64,000 nt of DNA from Longimicrobiales bacterium (GTDB taxonomy: Bacteria; Gemmatimonadota; Gemmatimonadetes; Longimicrobiales; Gaopeijiaceae). A program made the translations under genes and the position numbers. Location: the NCBI GenBank assembly GCA_965116645.1, contig OZ220702.1, positions 481,929 to 545,928 of the forward strand. The letters run 5' to 3'. Below, piece after piece: positions 16,558-25,323 of this stretch (positions are counted from its first letter, which is position 1; the number at the start of each line of letters is the position of its first letter). Under the pieces are notes generated by a model, which searched no databases, was not told the origin of the DNA, and saw only the letters and a list, made by a program, of their open reading frames with translations.

Positions 16558-16802
16558 CACTTCCACATCTCGGGATCGATCTCGCCGAACGGCGCCAGCG
16601 CCTCCTCCAGCTCGCGCACCTGTTCGTCGCTCCATCCCCCGGCCAGGCGGGCAAGCCCGTTGGAGCGGGGTGCCCCGACTCCGAGGCCCTGTTTGAGAAG
16701 GTCGATCGCGGTGCGATTGAGCGACTGTCCCCGCCTGCGCTTCTCCCGGTCGAGGGCCGCCGCGAGATCGGATGGGATGTTACGGAGTGTGATTGCTTTC
16801 AT
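16557..16802 (-). CDS. vapB: VapB-type antitoxin (ribbon-helix-helix-like)
   Basis: MKAITLRNIPSDLAAALDREKRRRGQSLNRTAIDLLKQGLG is a typical RHH antitoxin N-terminus. It lies directly upstream of, and overlaps, vapC. Confidence 0.75.
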   Translation of the reverse strand: MKAITLRNIPSDLAAALDREKRRRGQSLNRTAIDLLKQGLGVGAPRSNGLARLAGGWSDEQVRELEEALAPFGEIDPEMWK

Positions 16803-16951
16803 CAGACGACTCCATATAATAGCATTCATACGATGTCATACTATGACAGCATTCGATGGATGGGACAAGAGGGTAGAATCGGAGCGGTCCTCCGTGTCGG
16901 ACGGATCGTAAATCGAAACTATGCAAATCTTTTATGCCGTATTAGGTTTGC

Positions 16952-18130
16952 ATGGTTATGACCCAGCCTCCGATGATTCCCCGCGAAGCTCGAGCCCGAA
17001 TTGAGCACCTGTTGTCGCGCGCGCCCGCCGTCGTGCTAACGGGCCCGCGCCAGGTCGGCAAGACGACCGTCGCATTGGAGCTGGCCCGGCAGCGAGGCTC
17101 CGCCTACCTGGATCTGGAGCGGCCGCGTGATCGTGCGAAGCTGTCGGATGTCGAACAATACTGTGAGCGCAATGCCGACCGGCTGGTCGTCTTCGACGAG
17201 ATCCACCGGGTGCCGGGTCTGTTCGAGCCGCTGAGGGGCATTATCGACCGGCGGCGCCGGGAGGGTCGGCGGCTCGGCCACTTTCTATTCCTCGGGTCCG
17301 CTTCAATGGAGCTTCTGCGGCAGTCGGGCGAGACTCTGGCCGGACGCGTGGCGTTCTGTGAAATGCAGCCGCTCACCGTTCGCGAGACGGCAGGTCGGGA
17401 TTCCGGCGATCTCTGGCACCGGGGCGGCTTCCCGGAGAGCCTCCTGGCGGCCGACGATGCGAACAGCTTCGAATGGCGGTTCGATTTCATCAGGACGTAC
17501 CTCGAACGGGACATGCCGGCGCTGGGTCCCCGCATTCCCGGCGAAACGCTTCGACGCTTCTGGACGATGCTTGCCCATAGTCAGGGGCAGTCCTTCAACG
17601 CGTCGCGGTTGGCCGGATCCCTCGGGCTGACCGGGGCGACCGTCGGGCGCTATCTTGACCTGATGGTGGACCTGCTGCTGGTGCGCCGCCTCGTCTCCTG
17701 GCGGAGCAACGTGGGTCGGCGCCTGGTCAAGGCACCGAAGACCTACCTGCGGGACAGCGGAGTCTGCCACGCCCTCCTCGGAATCGGCACCTTCGACACG
17801 CTGCTCGGCCATCCCGTCGCCGGAGGCAGCTGGGAGGGGTTCGTGATCGAGAACATCATGAGCGGCCTCCCGGCGCACGTGGCATGTGGGTACTACCGTA
17901 CCGCGGGTGGAGCGGAAATCGACCTGATTCTCGAAATGGGCGGCGGCGAGACCTGGGCGGTCGAGATCAAGCGAAGCACAGCCCCCAGCGTCTCGCGAGG
18001 CTTCCGCAGCGCCTGCCAGGACCTTCAGCCGACCCGACAGCTCGTCGTCCACGGTGGCGACGAGAGCTACGCGCTGCGCGGCGGCGTCGAAGCGGTCAGC
18101 CTGGAGGACATGTGCGGGGAGGTCCGTTAG
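16952..18130 (+). CDS. AAA-family ATPase with DUF4143-type C-terminal domain
   Basis: Walker A GPRQVGKTT and Walker B LVVFDEIH. The C-terminal half (TYLRDSGVCHALLGI, YYRTAGGAEIDLILE) is typical of COG1373/DUF4143 proteins. Confidence 0.8.
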   Translation: MVMTQPPMIPREARARIEHLLSRAPAVVLTGPRQVGKTTVALELARQRGSAYLDLERPRDRAKLSDVEQYCERNADRLVVFDEIHRVPGLFEPLRGIIDRRRREGRRLGHFLFLGSASMELLRQSGETLAGRVAFCEMQPLTVRETAGRDSGDLWHRGGFPESLLAADDANSFEWRFDFIRTYLERDMPALGPRIPGETLRRFWTMLAHSQGQSFNASRLAGSLGLTGATVGRYLDLMVDLLLVRRLVSWRSNVGRRLVKAPKTYLRDSGVCHALLGIGTFDTLLGHPVAGGSWEGFVIENIMSGLPAHVACGYYRTAGGAEIDLILEMGGGETWAVEIKRSTAPSVSRGFRSACQDLQPTRQLVVHGGDESYALRGGVEAVSLEDMCGEVR

Positions 18131-18183
18131 CTCACGACCGAGGGCGTCCGGCGTCGGGAGTCGGTTCGGCCCGGGGAGCTTGC

Positions 18184-18245
18184 GGGGATTCTCCCCCCAG
18201 CGCGTGGCGTAATCCCCCCCTCACAAATTGCCGGGTTTTCCCTCT
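18184..18245 (+). repeat. conserved ~62-bp intergenic element, copy 1
   Basis: GGGGATTCTCCCCCCAGC...CCCCCTCACAAATTGCCGGGTTTTCCCTC aligns block-for-block with 20616-20678. Confidence 0.6.
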
Positions 18246-18327
18246 ATGAAAGGCTGACATGGGTTGCCGACATTGAACCTGCCGGTCCGGAACGCGCCGG
18301 TCCGGCCCCAAACGGAAGGAGGCTGGA

Positions 18328-18642
18328 ATGATTGTGGCAATCCGAGTCCGGCAGTTGCCATCGGACGGTGCGTACGAATCCGTGCGGCTCGTCGAGGTGG
18401 TGACCATCAACGAGCTCTTAGCGGAACTCGCCGCCACGGCGCGGCACTACGCGAGGGTCCGGCACGAACCCCACCGAGCGACAGCGTGGACATCCTGCGG
18501 CAGGGTGCTGGCAACAGTGAGCATGAGCCCGGACGCGGTTCCGTTCGACGAGCGAAGACCTGTACGCGAGTCCGCCCGGCTGGGACGGCTTGGCGCGACG
18601 GCCGCCCGAACGAGTTGGCAAGGGATGGCACAGGATGCCTGA
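18328..18642 (+). CDS. hypothetical protein
   Basis: Strong SD GGAAGGAGG 6 nt upstream of the ATG. 104 aa. G/C third-position bias. I recognised no motif. Confidence 0.45.
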   Translation: MIVAIRVRQLPSDGAYESVRLVEVVTINELLAELAATARHYARVRHEPHRATAWTSCGRVLATVSMSPDAVPFDERRPVRESARLGRLGATAARTSWQGMAQDA

Positions 18643-18814
18643 GCGGAAACAGGCCACCGGCGCGCGAGCAGGGATCGGGCCGGTCGTGTTCGGGGTTGGC
18701 CTGGGGTTGGTGCTCACCACCCTATGGGGCCTGCGCTATCGCCGAACGCAGCGTTTCGCTGCAACCTCCCGTCGCGCGGAACTGCTGGCGGCCACATCCC
18801 GGCCGCAACGCTGA
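18635..18814 (+). CDS. small single-pass membrane protein
   Basis: The ATG overlaps the preceding stop (ATGCCTGA). The 59-aa product has one TM helix (IGPVVFGVGLGLVLTTLWGL). Confidence 0.4.
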   Translation: MPERKQATGARAGIGPVVFGVGLGLVLTTLWGLRYRRTQRFAATSRRAELLAATSRPQR

Positions 18815-18890
18815 AGCCAGCGGGAGTTGACTTTTGTCCGACCGGGCGCTTCTCGTAGGTGCGTGATGTCAATTCGTTCCAGCGAAATGG

Positions 18891-19943
18891 ATGGAGGTGC
18901 CGTTGCTCAGCGACAGGGACTACCGAGCCGTGTTCGAGGCATCGCCGGACGCGATGTTGATCGTGGATTCCGGCGGCGTGATCCGGGATCTCAACCCGCA
19001 GGCTCTTTCGATGTTCGGATGGAGCCGCGAAGAGATGGAAGGCTCGGGAGTGGATCGGCTGGTTCCCGCCGCCAGCCGGAGCCGGCACAAGCGTCACCGT
19101 CGGCGCTACGCGGAGGCACCACGTGCGCGGCCGATGGGGCAGGGACTCGAGCTGCAGGCCGTGCGCAAGGACGGCACGACGTTCCCGGTGGAGATCAGCC
19201 TGAGCCCCGGCAAACTGGCTTCGGGGCTGGAACACGTGATCTGCACGATCCGGGACATCACGAGCTGGAAGCGGATGCGGTGGCTGTCCAGAATGAAGCT
19301 GAAGGCGGCCGAGAACGAGCGAAAGCACCTTTCCCGCGAACTGCACGACGAGTTTCTCCAGTTCCTCGTGGCGTTCAAGCTCAGGGGGAAGCTCCTGGTG
19401 GACGAGACGGACCGGAAGGAAAGGGAACGCGCGTGGGCGGTGATCGCCGACGAGATCCTGGGCGCGATCCAGGGGGTGAAGCAGATGATTCGGGGACTGG
19501 GGTCTCCGAAACTCGAACGGCAGGGTCTTGTTTCCGCGCTCGCCACCCTGTTTCGTGATACCCGTAAGGTTCATGGGGTCAAGATCCGCGCCAGCGTAAA
19601 CCTCGACTGGGTGGCCGACGAGCTGGATCCGGTCGCCGTCCTGGCCCTGTACCGGATCGTACAGGCGGCCGTAACCAATGCAGCGACGCACGCAGGGGTG
19701 AGCGAGGCTGACGTGACTGTCAGATCGGAGGACGGGTTGATCGCAGCGGAGATCCGCGACCAGGGATGCGGGTTCGAGTTGACCGATCCCGTAGTGGCCC
19801 GGGACGATGGCCACGCCGGGCTCGCCGGAATGCGTGAGAGGGCGGAGTTGGCCGGGGGAAGCCTGACCGTACGGACCTCGCCGGGCAAGGGAACCACAGT
19901 GCGGGCCACAGTGCCCATGGTGAGCCCGGGGCGGGAAACATGA
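18891..19943 (+). CDS. cytoplasmic PAS-domain sensor histidine kinase (HisKA_3/NarL-partner type)
   Basis: PAS segment (FEASPDAMLIVDSGGVIRDLNPQALSMFGWSREEMEG), H-box SRELHDEFLQ, and ATPase N/G boxes (IVQAAVTNAATHA, DQGCGF, GLAGMRERAELAGGSL). Confidence 0.85.
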   Translation: MEVPLLSDRDYRAVFEASPDAMLIVDSGGVIRDLNPQALSMFGWSREEMEGSGVDRLVPAASRSRHKRHRRRYAEAPRARPMGQGLELQAVRKDGTTFPVEISLSPGKLASGLEHVICTIRDITSWKRMRWLSRMKLKAAENERKHLSRELHDEFLQFLVAFKLRGKLLVDETDRKERERAWAVIADEILGAIQGVKQMIRGLGSPKLERQGLVSALATLFRDTRKVHGVKIRASVNLDWVADELDPVAVLALYRIVQAAVTNAATHAGVSEADVTVRSEDGLIAAEIRDQGCGFELTDPVVARDDGHAGLAGMRERAELAGGSLTVRTSPGKGTTVRATVPMVSPGRET

Positions 19944-20596
19944 TGAGGATCCTGCTGGTCGACGACCACAAGGTGGTGCGAGCCGGTCTGAGGGCGTTGC
20001 TCGAATCCACCGGACGAGTGGACATCGTGGGCGAGGCGTCGTCCGGTGCGGAGGCGGTGGAGAGGGCCCGGACCCTGGAGCCGGATATCGTCATCATGGA
20101 CCTGGCGATGCCCGGGATGGACGGCATTCAGGCCACTCGGCGGATTGCCGCCCTCGAGCTCGAGACGAGGATCCTGGTGCTCACGATCCACGACGAGGAC
20201 GAGTTCCTCGTTCCGGCCCTTGATGCCGGCGCAGCGGGCTTTCTGAACAAGTCGGTCGCCGACACCGATCTCATGGGCGCCATCGAGGCGATCGCGCGCG
20301 GCCACTCCTATCTGCCCCGGCGCGCGGCTGCGCTGCTGGCACGATTGCGAGCGCGTGGCGACCGCCCGGGCGGCAAACCGGGGCTTGAGGTGCTGTCGGA
20401 GCGCGAGCGTACTGCGATCGAGTTGTACGCCAAGGGGTTCTCGGCCCGGGAGGCGGGCGAGAGCATGTTTCTCAGTCCGAAGACCGTGGAGGGCTACCTC
20501 GCGCGCGCTAGGACGAAGCTGGGACTGTCAAGCCGTCGCGACATCGTGCGCTTCGCCCTCGAGGCCGGACTCCTGCGGGCTGAAGACGAGGAGTAA
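19940..20596 (+). CDS. NarL/LuxR-family response regulator
   Basis: REC domain (ILLVDDHKVVRAGL...IVIMDLAMPGMDG) plus a LuxR HTH (LSERERTAIELYAKGFSAREAGESMFLSPKTVEGYLARARTKLG). The ATGA overlaps the kinase stop. Confidence 0.9.
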   Translation: MMRILLVDDHKVVRAGLRALLESTGRVDIVGEASSGAEAVERARTLEPDIVIMDLAMPGMDGIQATRRIAALELETRILVLTIHDEDEFLVPALDAGAAGFLNKSVADTDLMGAIEAIARGHSYLPRRAAALLARLRARGDRPGGKPGLEVLSERERTAIELYAKGFSAREAGESMFLSPKTVEGYLARARTKLGLSSRRDIVRFALEAGLLRAEDEE

Positions 20597-20615
20597 GGGG
20601 GCGGTTGCTGGCTGA

Positions 20616-20678
20616 CGGGAATCTCCCCTCAGCAGGACCGCAGGCAAACCCCCGCAAAATTCCAGGGTTTTCCCCCTC
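20616..20678 (+). repeat. conserved ~62-bp intergenic element, copy 2
   Basis: CGGGAATCTCCCCTCAGC...CCCCCGCAAAATTCCAGGGTTTTCCCCCTC has the same two blocks and the same spacing as 18184-18245. Confidence 0.6.
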
Positions 20679-20785
20679 AGATCGCACCCGGCGACACGCG
20701 TCCTATTAGGTAGCGGGCACAGAAGCGGCTGGCCCGTCTGGCGACGCTGATTCCGCAAAGAGCCAACCGAACGGAGGCACCCCTG

Positions 20786-20944
20786 ATGAAGACGGCACTC
20801 ACACGACTCACCACCGCGGGCGTGATCGCGCTCGTTCTCCTGGCCTCGGCCTGCATCGACCCGCTGCCGACCGATCCCGGCGGCAGCAAGGCCCCCACTC
20901 CCACCCTTCCCGGCGACCCGCCGGACGAGACGGTCAAGAGGTAG
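20786..20944 (+). CDS. small lipoprotein (52 aa; below the ORF-track cutoff)
   Basis: GGAGG lies 8 nt upstream of ATG 20786. My translation is MKTALTRLTTAGVIALVLLASACIDPLPTDPGGSKAPTPTLPGDPPDETVKR, with lipobox LLASAC. Confidence 0.5.
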   Translation: MKTALTRLTTAGVIALVLLASACIDPLPTDPGGSKAPTPTLPGDPPDETVKR

Positions 20945-21071
20945 CGCCCGGTCGAATGCGCGGCCTCTCTCCGCAAGCCCCCTCCCGGGCCGAGTTGCCC
21001 GGGGGGGGCTTTGGGGCGAGTATGGATTCGCACTCAATGCGCCGGTCGATCAAACAGAGGAGCATCTGGGA

Positions 21072-21761
21072 ATGACCTCGGATGGGCTCATGTTCCGTGG
21101 AATCGCGCTTGCGATGTTGGCGATAGCGGGTTGTTCCGATGTCATCGATCCCGACGAAACGCCGCCACTCTGCGGTGACCCTCGGCCGATCTGGGCGATC
21201 AGCCAGCATTCGATGACATACCTCTCGTGCTTCGATCACCAGTACGCTTGGGACGCCCCCGGTGCCCGCCACCGCGGGCACAGTTCTGATACGTCGGTCG
21301 TTACCGTGACCAACAAGATCCCGGATACCGGATCGGCACCGTACGAAGACAACATACTCGTCCTCACCGGTCACACACCGGGCACTGCCGTGATCACCAT
21401 CGAAGCTACTGCTGGTGGTGGGATAAAGCGGCACATCCATCCTGTTACGGTGCGCCTGGCGCTGGACACTGAAATCACCCGATGCGATGCCGAGCCAATC
21501 CCCGGGGTCGACGGAGCGACGCAGCTGGCGATGGATGCGTGGGGGAAATCGAATGCCAATCTGAAGAACCTCAACGTGACGGGCGTGGCTGGCCGAGACA
21601 CGGTGATGCACGTCTTCATGGAGCTCATGGGGGCCTTTACCCGCGCGGAATGGTCCGTCAAGGCGGTAGGCGGGCCGATGCCGCAGGAACCCGTGCAGTG
21701 CAGTCTCGCCTTTGAGTTCGAGACCCACGGGCATGGCGTTCCGCAGATTGAAGGGAATTAG
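21072..21761 (+). CDS. lipoprotein with Ig-like (Big_2-like) segment
   Basis: Lipobox LAIAGC. SSDTSVVTVTNKIPDTGS...LTGHTPGTAVITIEATAGG resembles a Big_2 strand pattern. The region is visibly less GC-rich than its surroundings. Confidence 0.5.
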   Translation: MTSDGLMFRGIALAMLAIAGCSDVIDPDETPPLCGDPRPIWAISQHSMTYLSCFDHQYAWDAPGARHRGHSSDTSVVTVTNKIPDTGSAPYEDNILVLTGHTPGTAVITIEATAGGGIKRHIHPVTVRLALDTEITRCDAEPIPGVDGATQLAMDAWGKSNANLKNLNVTGVAGRDTVMHVFMELMGAFTRAEWSVKAVGGPMPQEPVQCSLAFEFETHGHGVPQIEGN

Positions 21762-22071
21762 CACTCGGCCTGGGTTGGGAGGGGTGGTATGGCGCGAATC
21801 GTACGAGTCACCTGCGCCACCACCGCGCTCCCCGTCCGCATCCGGTCGCGACCCATATCACCCATATTGATTGGTATGGGCGACCCATAGTCTCTCGCCT
21901 GCCGCCCCCCACGCACTTCGGCGTCAACGCGTCGCGCCGCCGGGCCGGACTTCCTTGGCGGACTCCAGTCTCGTCGCGGCGTGTGTGGCTGCGTCCGTCC
22001 GCCCCCCTCGACCTCGATGGCGAAGAGACAGGTCCGCTCAAGCGTTCCGACGTGCCGGGAGCTCTTCTCCG

Positions 22072-22500
22072 TCAGCCGCCCCCAGAACCCTCCACCCGCC
22101 GCAGCAACTCCTCCGCCGTGGCACACTCGATGACCGCCGCCTCTGCGCTCGCGAGCCGCCCGGCATCTGCGGGCTTACCGAACAGACCGGCCAGCCGGTC
22201 CCCAGCCTCCGCGCCGAATCTCCTGCGGGTCTGACGGACGAGCAGCGCGGCCCGCCCCTCGCGATTGCGCCGGCTCCCGAACTCCTCAAGGCTCCGCTCG
22301 TACTCCGTCATCACCTGTGCCATCGTCGTCGCCATTCCGCTCTGTTCCTCTGTGATCCGCCCTTCCGAAACTAGCCATGCCCCGATACAGTCCGCCAGCA
22401 GCCTGTCCAGCCTGTCGCCCGTGTCCCCCGCGATCTTCCGCAGCCTGCCCAGCTCCGTCAGCGTGCCCTTCATCGAGTTGTCCCGGTGGAGGCCCGTCAT
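22072..22500 (-). CDS. DUF4351-domain protein (C-terminal fragment of an Rpn/PD-(D/E)XK transposase-like family)
   Basis: REGRAALLVRQTRRRFGAEAGDRLAGLF...AAVIECATAEELL matches the DUF4351 pattern. The N-terminal nuclease domain is absent (142 aa only). Confidence 0.5.
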   Translation of the reverse strand: MTGLHRDNSMKGTLTELGRLRKIAGDTGDRLDRLLADCIGAWLVSEGRITEEQSGMATTMAQVMTEYERSLEEFGSRRNREGRAALLVRQTRRRFGAEAGDRLAGLFGKPADAGRLASAEAAVIECATAEELLRRVEGSGGG

Positions 22501-22541
22501 TGCTCCAGGTCGGTCGGGTCCCGGTATGCCCTTGGCGGAAG

Positions 22542-22868
22542 CTACTTGAATAGCTCCGCGTGAGTTCCGGCACGTACGAAGTTGATCGAACCGCCGGGTT
22601 TCGGTGAATCATCGACCTGGTAGATCAGAAGGAAGTCCCCGCCGACATGGCATTCCCGGTGATTCGCCCACGCGCCCTTCAGCGCGTGGTCCCTCCGTTC
22701 GGGACCGAGCGGAGCCTCGTTGGCGATGAGGTGGAGCATGATCGCCTTGAGCCGATTCATGTCGTATCGACCCGAACGCGAAAGGCGTTCCCAGTCCTTG
22801 AGGAAGCCCCGAGTGAAGTCCACGCGCCGCGGCGGGCGTGCCCTCTTACTGGTCGCGGGCTTCTTCAA
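22542..22868 (-). CDS. yafQ: YafQ-family (RelE/ParE superfamily) mRNA interferase toxin
   Basis: FTRGFLKDWERLSRSGRYDMNRLKAIMLHLIANEAPLGPERRDHALKGAWANHRECHVGGDFLLIY is the YafQ signature. Confidence 0.8.
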   Translation of the reverse strand: MKKPATSKRARPPRRVDFTRGFLKDWERLSRSGRYDMNRLKAIMLHLIANEAPLGPERRDHALKGAWANHRECHVGGDFLLIYQVDDSPKPGGSINFVRAGTHAELFK

Positions 22869-23127
22869 GCTCCGCGAACATCTCGTCAGCGTTGGCGAAT
22901 CGGGCCGTCCCCCGTCTCATCATCTCCTCCGACTCGGCCATCGCCTGTCGGGTCCGGGCGTTCGGCACCTTGAGTTCCAGGGGGAAAGCCTGATCGACCG
23001 CGATTCGGTGGAAGAACAGCCGCACAGCCTCCGAGGCCGTCAACCCCATCGCCGCGAGCGCCGCCATCGCCTTCCGCTTCATCTCCGTGTCCATGCGGAC
23101 GTGGAGCATCGAACTGTGTGTCTTCAT
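22846..23127 (-). CDS. dinJ: DinJ/RelB-family antitoxin
   Basis: SMLHVRMDTEMKRKAMAALAAMGLTASEAVRLFFHRIAVDQAFPLELKVPN is the DinJ RHH signature. It lies immediately upstream of yafQ. Start taken at the internal ATG 23127. Confidence 0.8.
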   Translation of the reverse strand: MKTHSSMLHVRMDTEMKRKAMAALAAMGLTASEAVRLFFHRIAVDQAFPLELKVPNARTRQAMAESEEMMRRGTARFANADEMFAELEEARDQ

Positions 23128-23164
23128 CGGAAGACCTCCTGTGTCGCAATTGCGATATAAGGTG

Positions 23165-24481
23165 TCATTCCGGCCTGCCACGGTCAACCCGGACGCAGGA
23201 GTCGCAGGCGCGCCCGAAACGGACTTTCTCGTTCGCCTTCCTGCAATGGCCGCAACCGTGCCGGCCGAAGAACCACAGGGCCGGGTCCAGGGCCGCGCAT
23301 GTGCCCTCGATTCCGGCCGGTCCTGCGATATCCGCCTCCGATACGCCATTCGTCCAGGTCTCCTGGATGATGGGCTTGGCCTTCGCGAGCGTGCGCCCCC
23401 GCGTCGCGGTCACGCCCAGATTCTCGGTAGCCCTGCGCACATGAACATCGACCGCGACCGGAATGATTTCGATGCGATCAATCACCGCCCGACCCGGATT
23501 GGCCATCATCCGGACCCACATCGGTCCGATCTTCGGGCCGCGCAGCATCGGAAAGCGGGCGCGCCCGTTGTCGTCGGGGGACTTGAGATCGCTGAGCAGC
23601 TCCCGGGCTTCGCCGCTGCCGTGGTCGATCACGCGGCTCACGGGAGACTTGTGGCCGGAGGACAGGCTCCTTGCGATCCGGTGCCACGCATCCGAGTCGG
23701 GACCGTGCCTCTGGCTGACACGCGCGGCGTTCAACACCCCGGCCAGCGCGCCGACCTCAAGCCCCGCCACATGATGCGGATCGAAGCTCTCGGGTGATCT
23801 CTCGAAGAGGCGTCCCCCCGCGTTCCAGAGCTGGGTGGCGTTCCGCGCCCGGTCCATCGCGGCAATGAAGGTGAGGAAGAGGCGGACGGCGCGGTCGGAA
23901 GCCCTAGGGGAGCGGGCTTGCTTTGTGGTGCGAACGCTGTGCGAGAGGGTCGAATCGTTTTCGGCGTCGAGCACCGCTCGGGAGCTCCGCAGCTGACGTA
24001 CGACCGCGACCTCCGGCATGTAGTCGTGCCAGGGTTGGCCCGGAGCCATGTTGCGCGAGGCCAGGTCGAGGCTACCTCCGTAGAAGTCGTCCGCGATCAG
24101 CTTCGCGAGTCTGGCGGCATGGGAGCGAGCGGGGGAGCGGGGTTGATCCGCCTTTCCGTGGACGTGCAACCTCTCCCGATACCAGGCCTGCTGGCTTCCG
24201 ATTCCCGCGATGCCGGCGAGTGGCCGGTGAACCGCGGCCCCGGCATCGCGCAACCCTTCTTCCAGCCCATGGTCGATGTAGGTCGCGCCGGCGTGGATCT
24301 CGATCAGCCTGCCACGCATCGACGGCACCCGACGCTTCAATTGAGCAAGTACGCGGGCCGACCAGGCGCGCCGGGCCCTGGTCTGGAGATCCGTCAGCGC
24401 GAGTTCGTAGGGATCGATGCGCTGGTCGGGGTAGTAGGGCCGTCCCGCCCAACAGGACGATGGCTGCGAACCAGTTGACAA
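23165..24481 (-). CDS. DUF6884-like region fused to an HhH-GPD-like domain with a C-terminal Cys cluster; start unresolved
   Basis: YYPDQRIDPYELALTDL...RGRLIEIHAGATYIDHGLEEGL recalls DUF6884. FPMLRGPKIGPMWVRMM plus CAALDPALWFFGRHGCGHC...C..C recalls EndoIII-like glycosylases. There is no ATG/GTG between the upstream stop and TTG 24481. This is part of the artefactual 873-aa ORF. Confidence 0.35.
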   Translation of the reverse strand: MSTGSQPSSCWAGRPYYPDQRIDPYELALTDLQTRARRAWSARVLAQLKRRVPSMRGRLIEIHAGATYIDHGLEEGLRDAGAAVHRPLAGIAGIGSQQAWYRERLHVHGKADQPRSPARSHAARLAKLIADDFYGGSLDLASRNMAPGQPWHDYMPEVAVVRQLRSSRAVLDAENDSTLSHSVRTTKQARSPRASDRAVRLFLTFIAAMDRARNATQLWNAGGRLFERSPESFDPHHVAGLEVGALAGVLNAARVSQRHGPDSDAWHRIARSLSSGHKSPVSRVIDHGSGEARELLSDLKSPDDNGRARFPMLRGPKIGPMWVRMMANPGRAVIDRIEIIPVAVDVHVRRATENLGVTATRGRTLAKAKPIIQETWTNGVSEADIAGPAGIEGTCAALDPALWFFGRHGCGHCRKANEKVRFGRACDSCVRVDRGRPE

Positions 24482-24522
24482 GCGTACCGCACTGACGCCG
24501 CCGCCGAAGCCCCCACCCCCCC

Positions 24523-25176
24523 TCAACCCATTCCGTCCAGCACCTCCAGCAATCCCTCGGGCTCCGGCCGTGCCGTATAGTCCACGTCGACCCCCCCCCA
24601 CGCCACGGTCCCGTCCTGCCCGACCACGTACGTCGCCGGAATGGGCAGTTCCCACGTCGTATCGCCATTGAACCGGGCGAGGTCGATCCGCAGGTGATCC
24701 CGATAGATGTCCTGCAGCGCATCGGGCATCCGGAAGACCAGCCCGTACGAGCGTGCGACCCCGTTGCCGCTGTCCATGAGGACGTCGAACCCGATCCCGT
24801 CTTCCCGCGCCCACGCAGCCGCGAAGTCGTGCAGCTGAGGCGACAGGGTCAGCACGGTTGCGCCGCGCGCCGTGAAATCGGGCAGAAGTGACTGGAGAGC
24901 AGCCTGCTCCGCGCGGCAGTAGGGTCACCAGCGGCCGCGAAAGAAGCTGACAACCACAGGGCCTCGCCGCAGGGCCCGCGCGAGCCGGATCGTGTCGTGA
25001 CTCAGATTGGGCCGGGCGAAGAAGGGGGCCCCGTCGCCGGCCTGCACAACGCCGTCGAGGATTCCCGACGCCTTCAGGTCGGCGGTTCCGCGTACGAGTG
25101 TTCTTGTGATGGCAGGGTCGCGCCTGGCTGCTCCGGCTTCCCTGATCCGCTTCAGAGTCTGTGCGAGTGTGGGCAT
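24523..25176 (-). CDS. peroxiredoxin-like (AhpC/TSA, PRX_like2-type) thiol oxidoreductase with in-frame TGA at the first redox position (candidate selenocysteine; alternatively a nonsense pseudogene)
   Basis: ORFs 24925..25404 and 24523..24855 are in the same frame, separated only by TGA 24925-24927. The joined reading is VVVSFFRGRW-[TGA]-PYCRAEQAALQSLLPDFTARGATVLTLSPQ, so the TGA replaces the first Cys of WCPYC. Confidence 0.6.
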
Positions 25177-25323
25177 GGTGAGCGTGCGGAAAACGGGTGA
25201 TCTGAGTCGGTTGCAAGGGGGATACGTTCCCGGACGATGAGAGACGACGCAACCCCACCTTGACAGTGGGTCCGCCCATATCAGGTTGGATGTGTAGCGG
25301 ATCGCCAACCATGGAGGTGCCGA

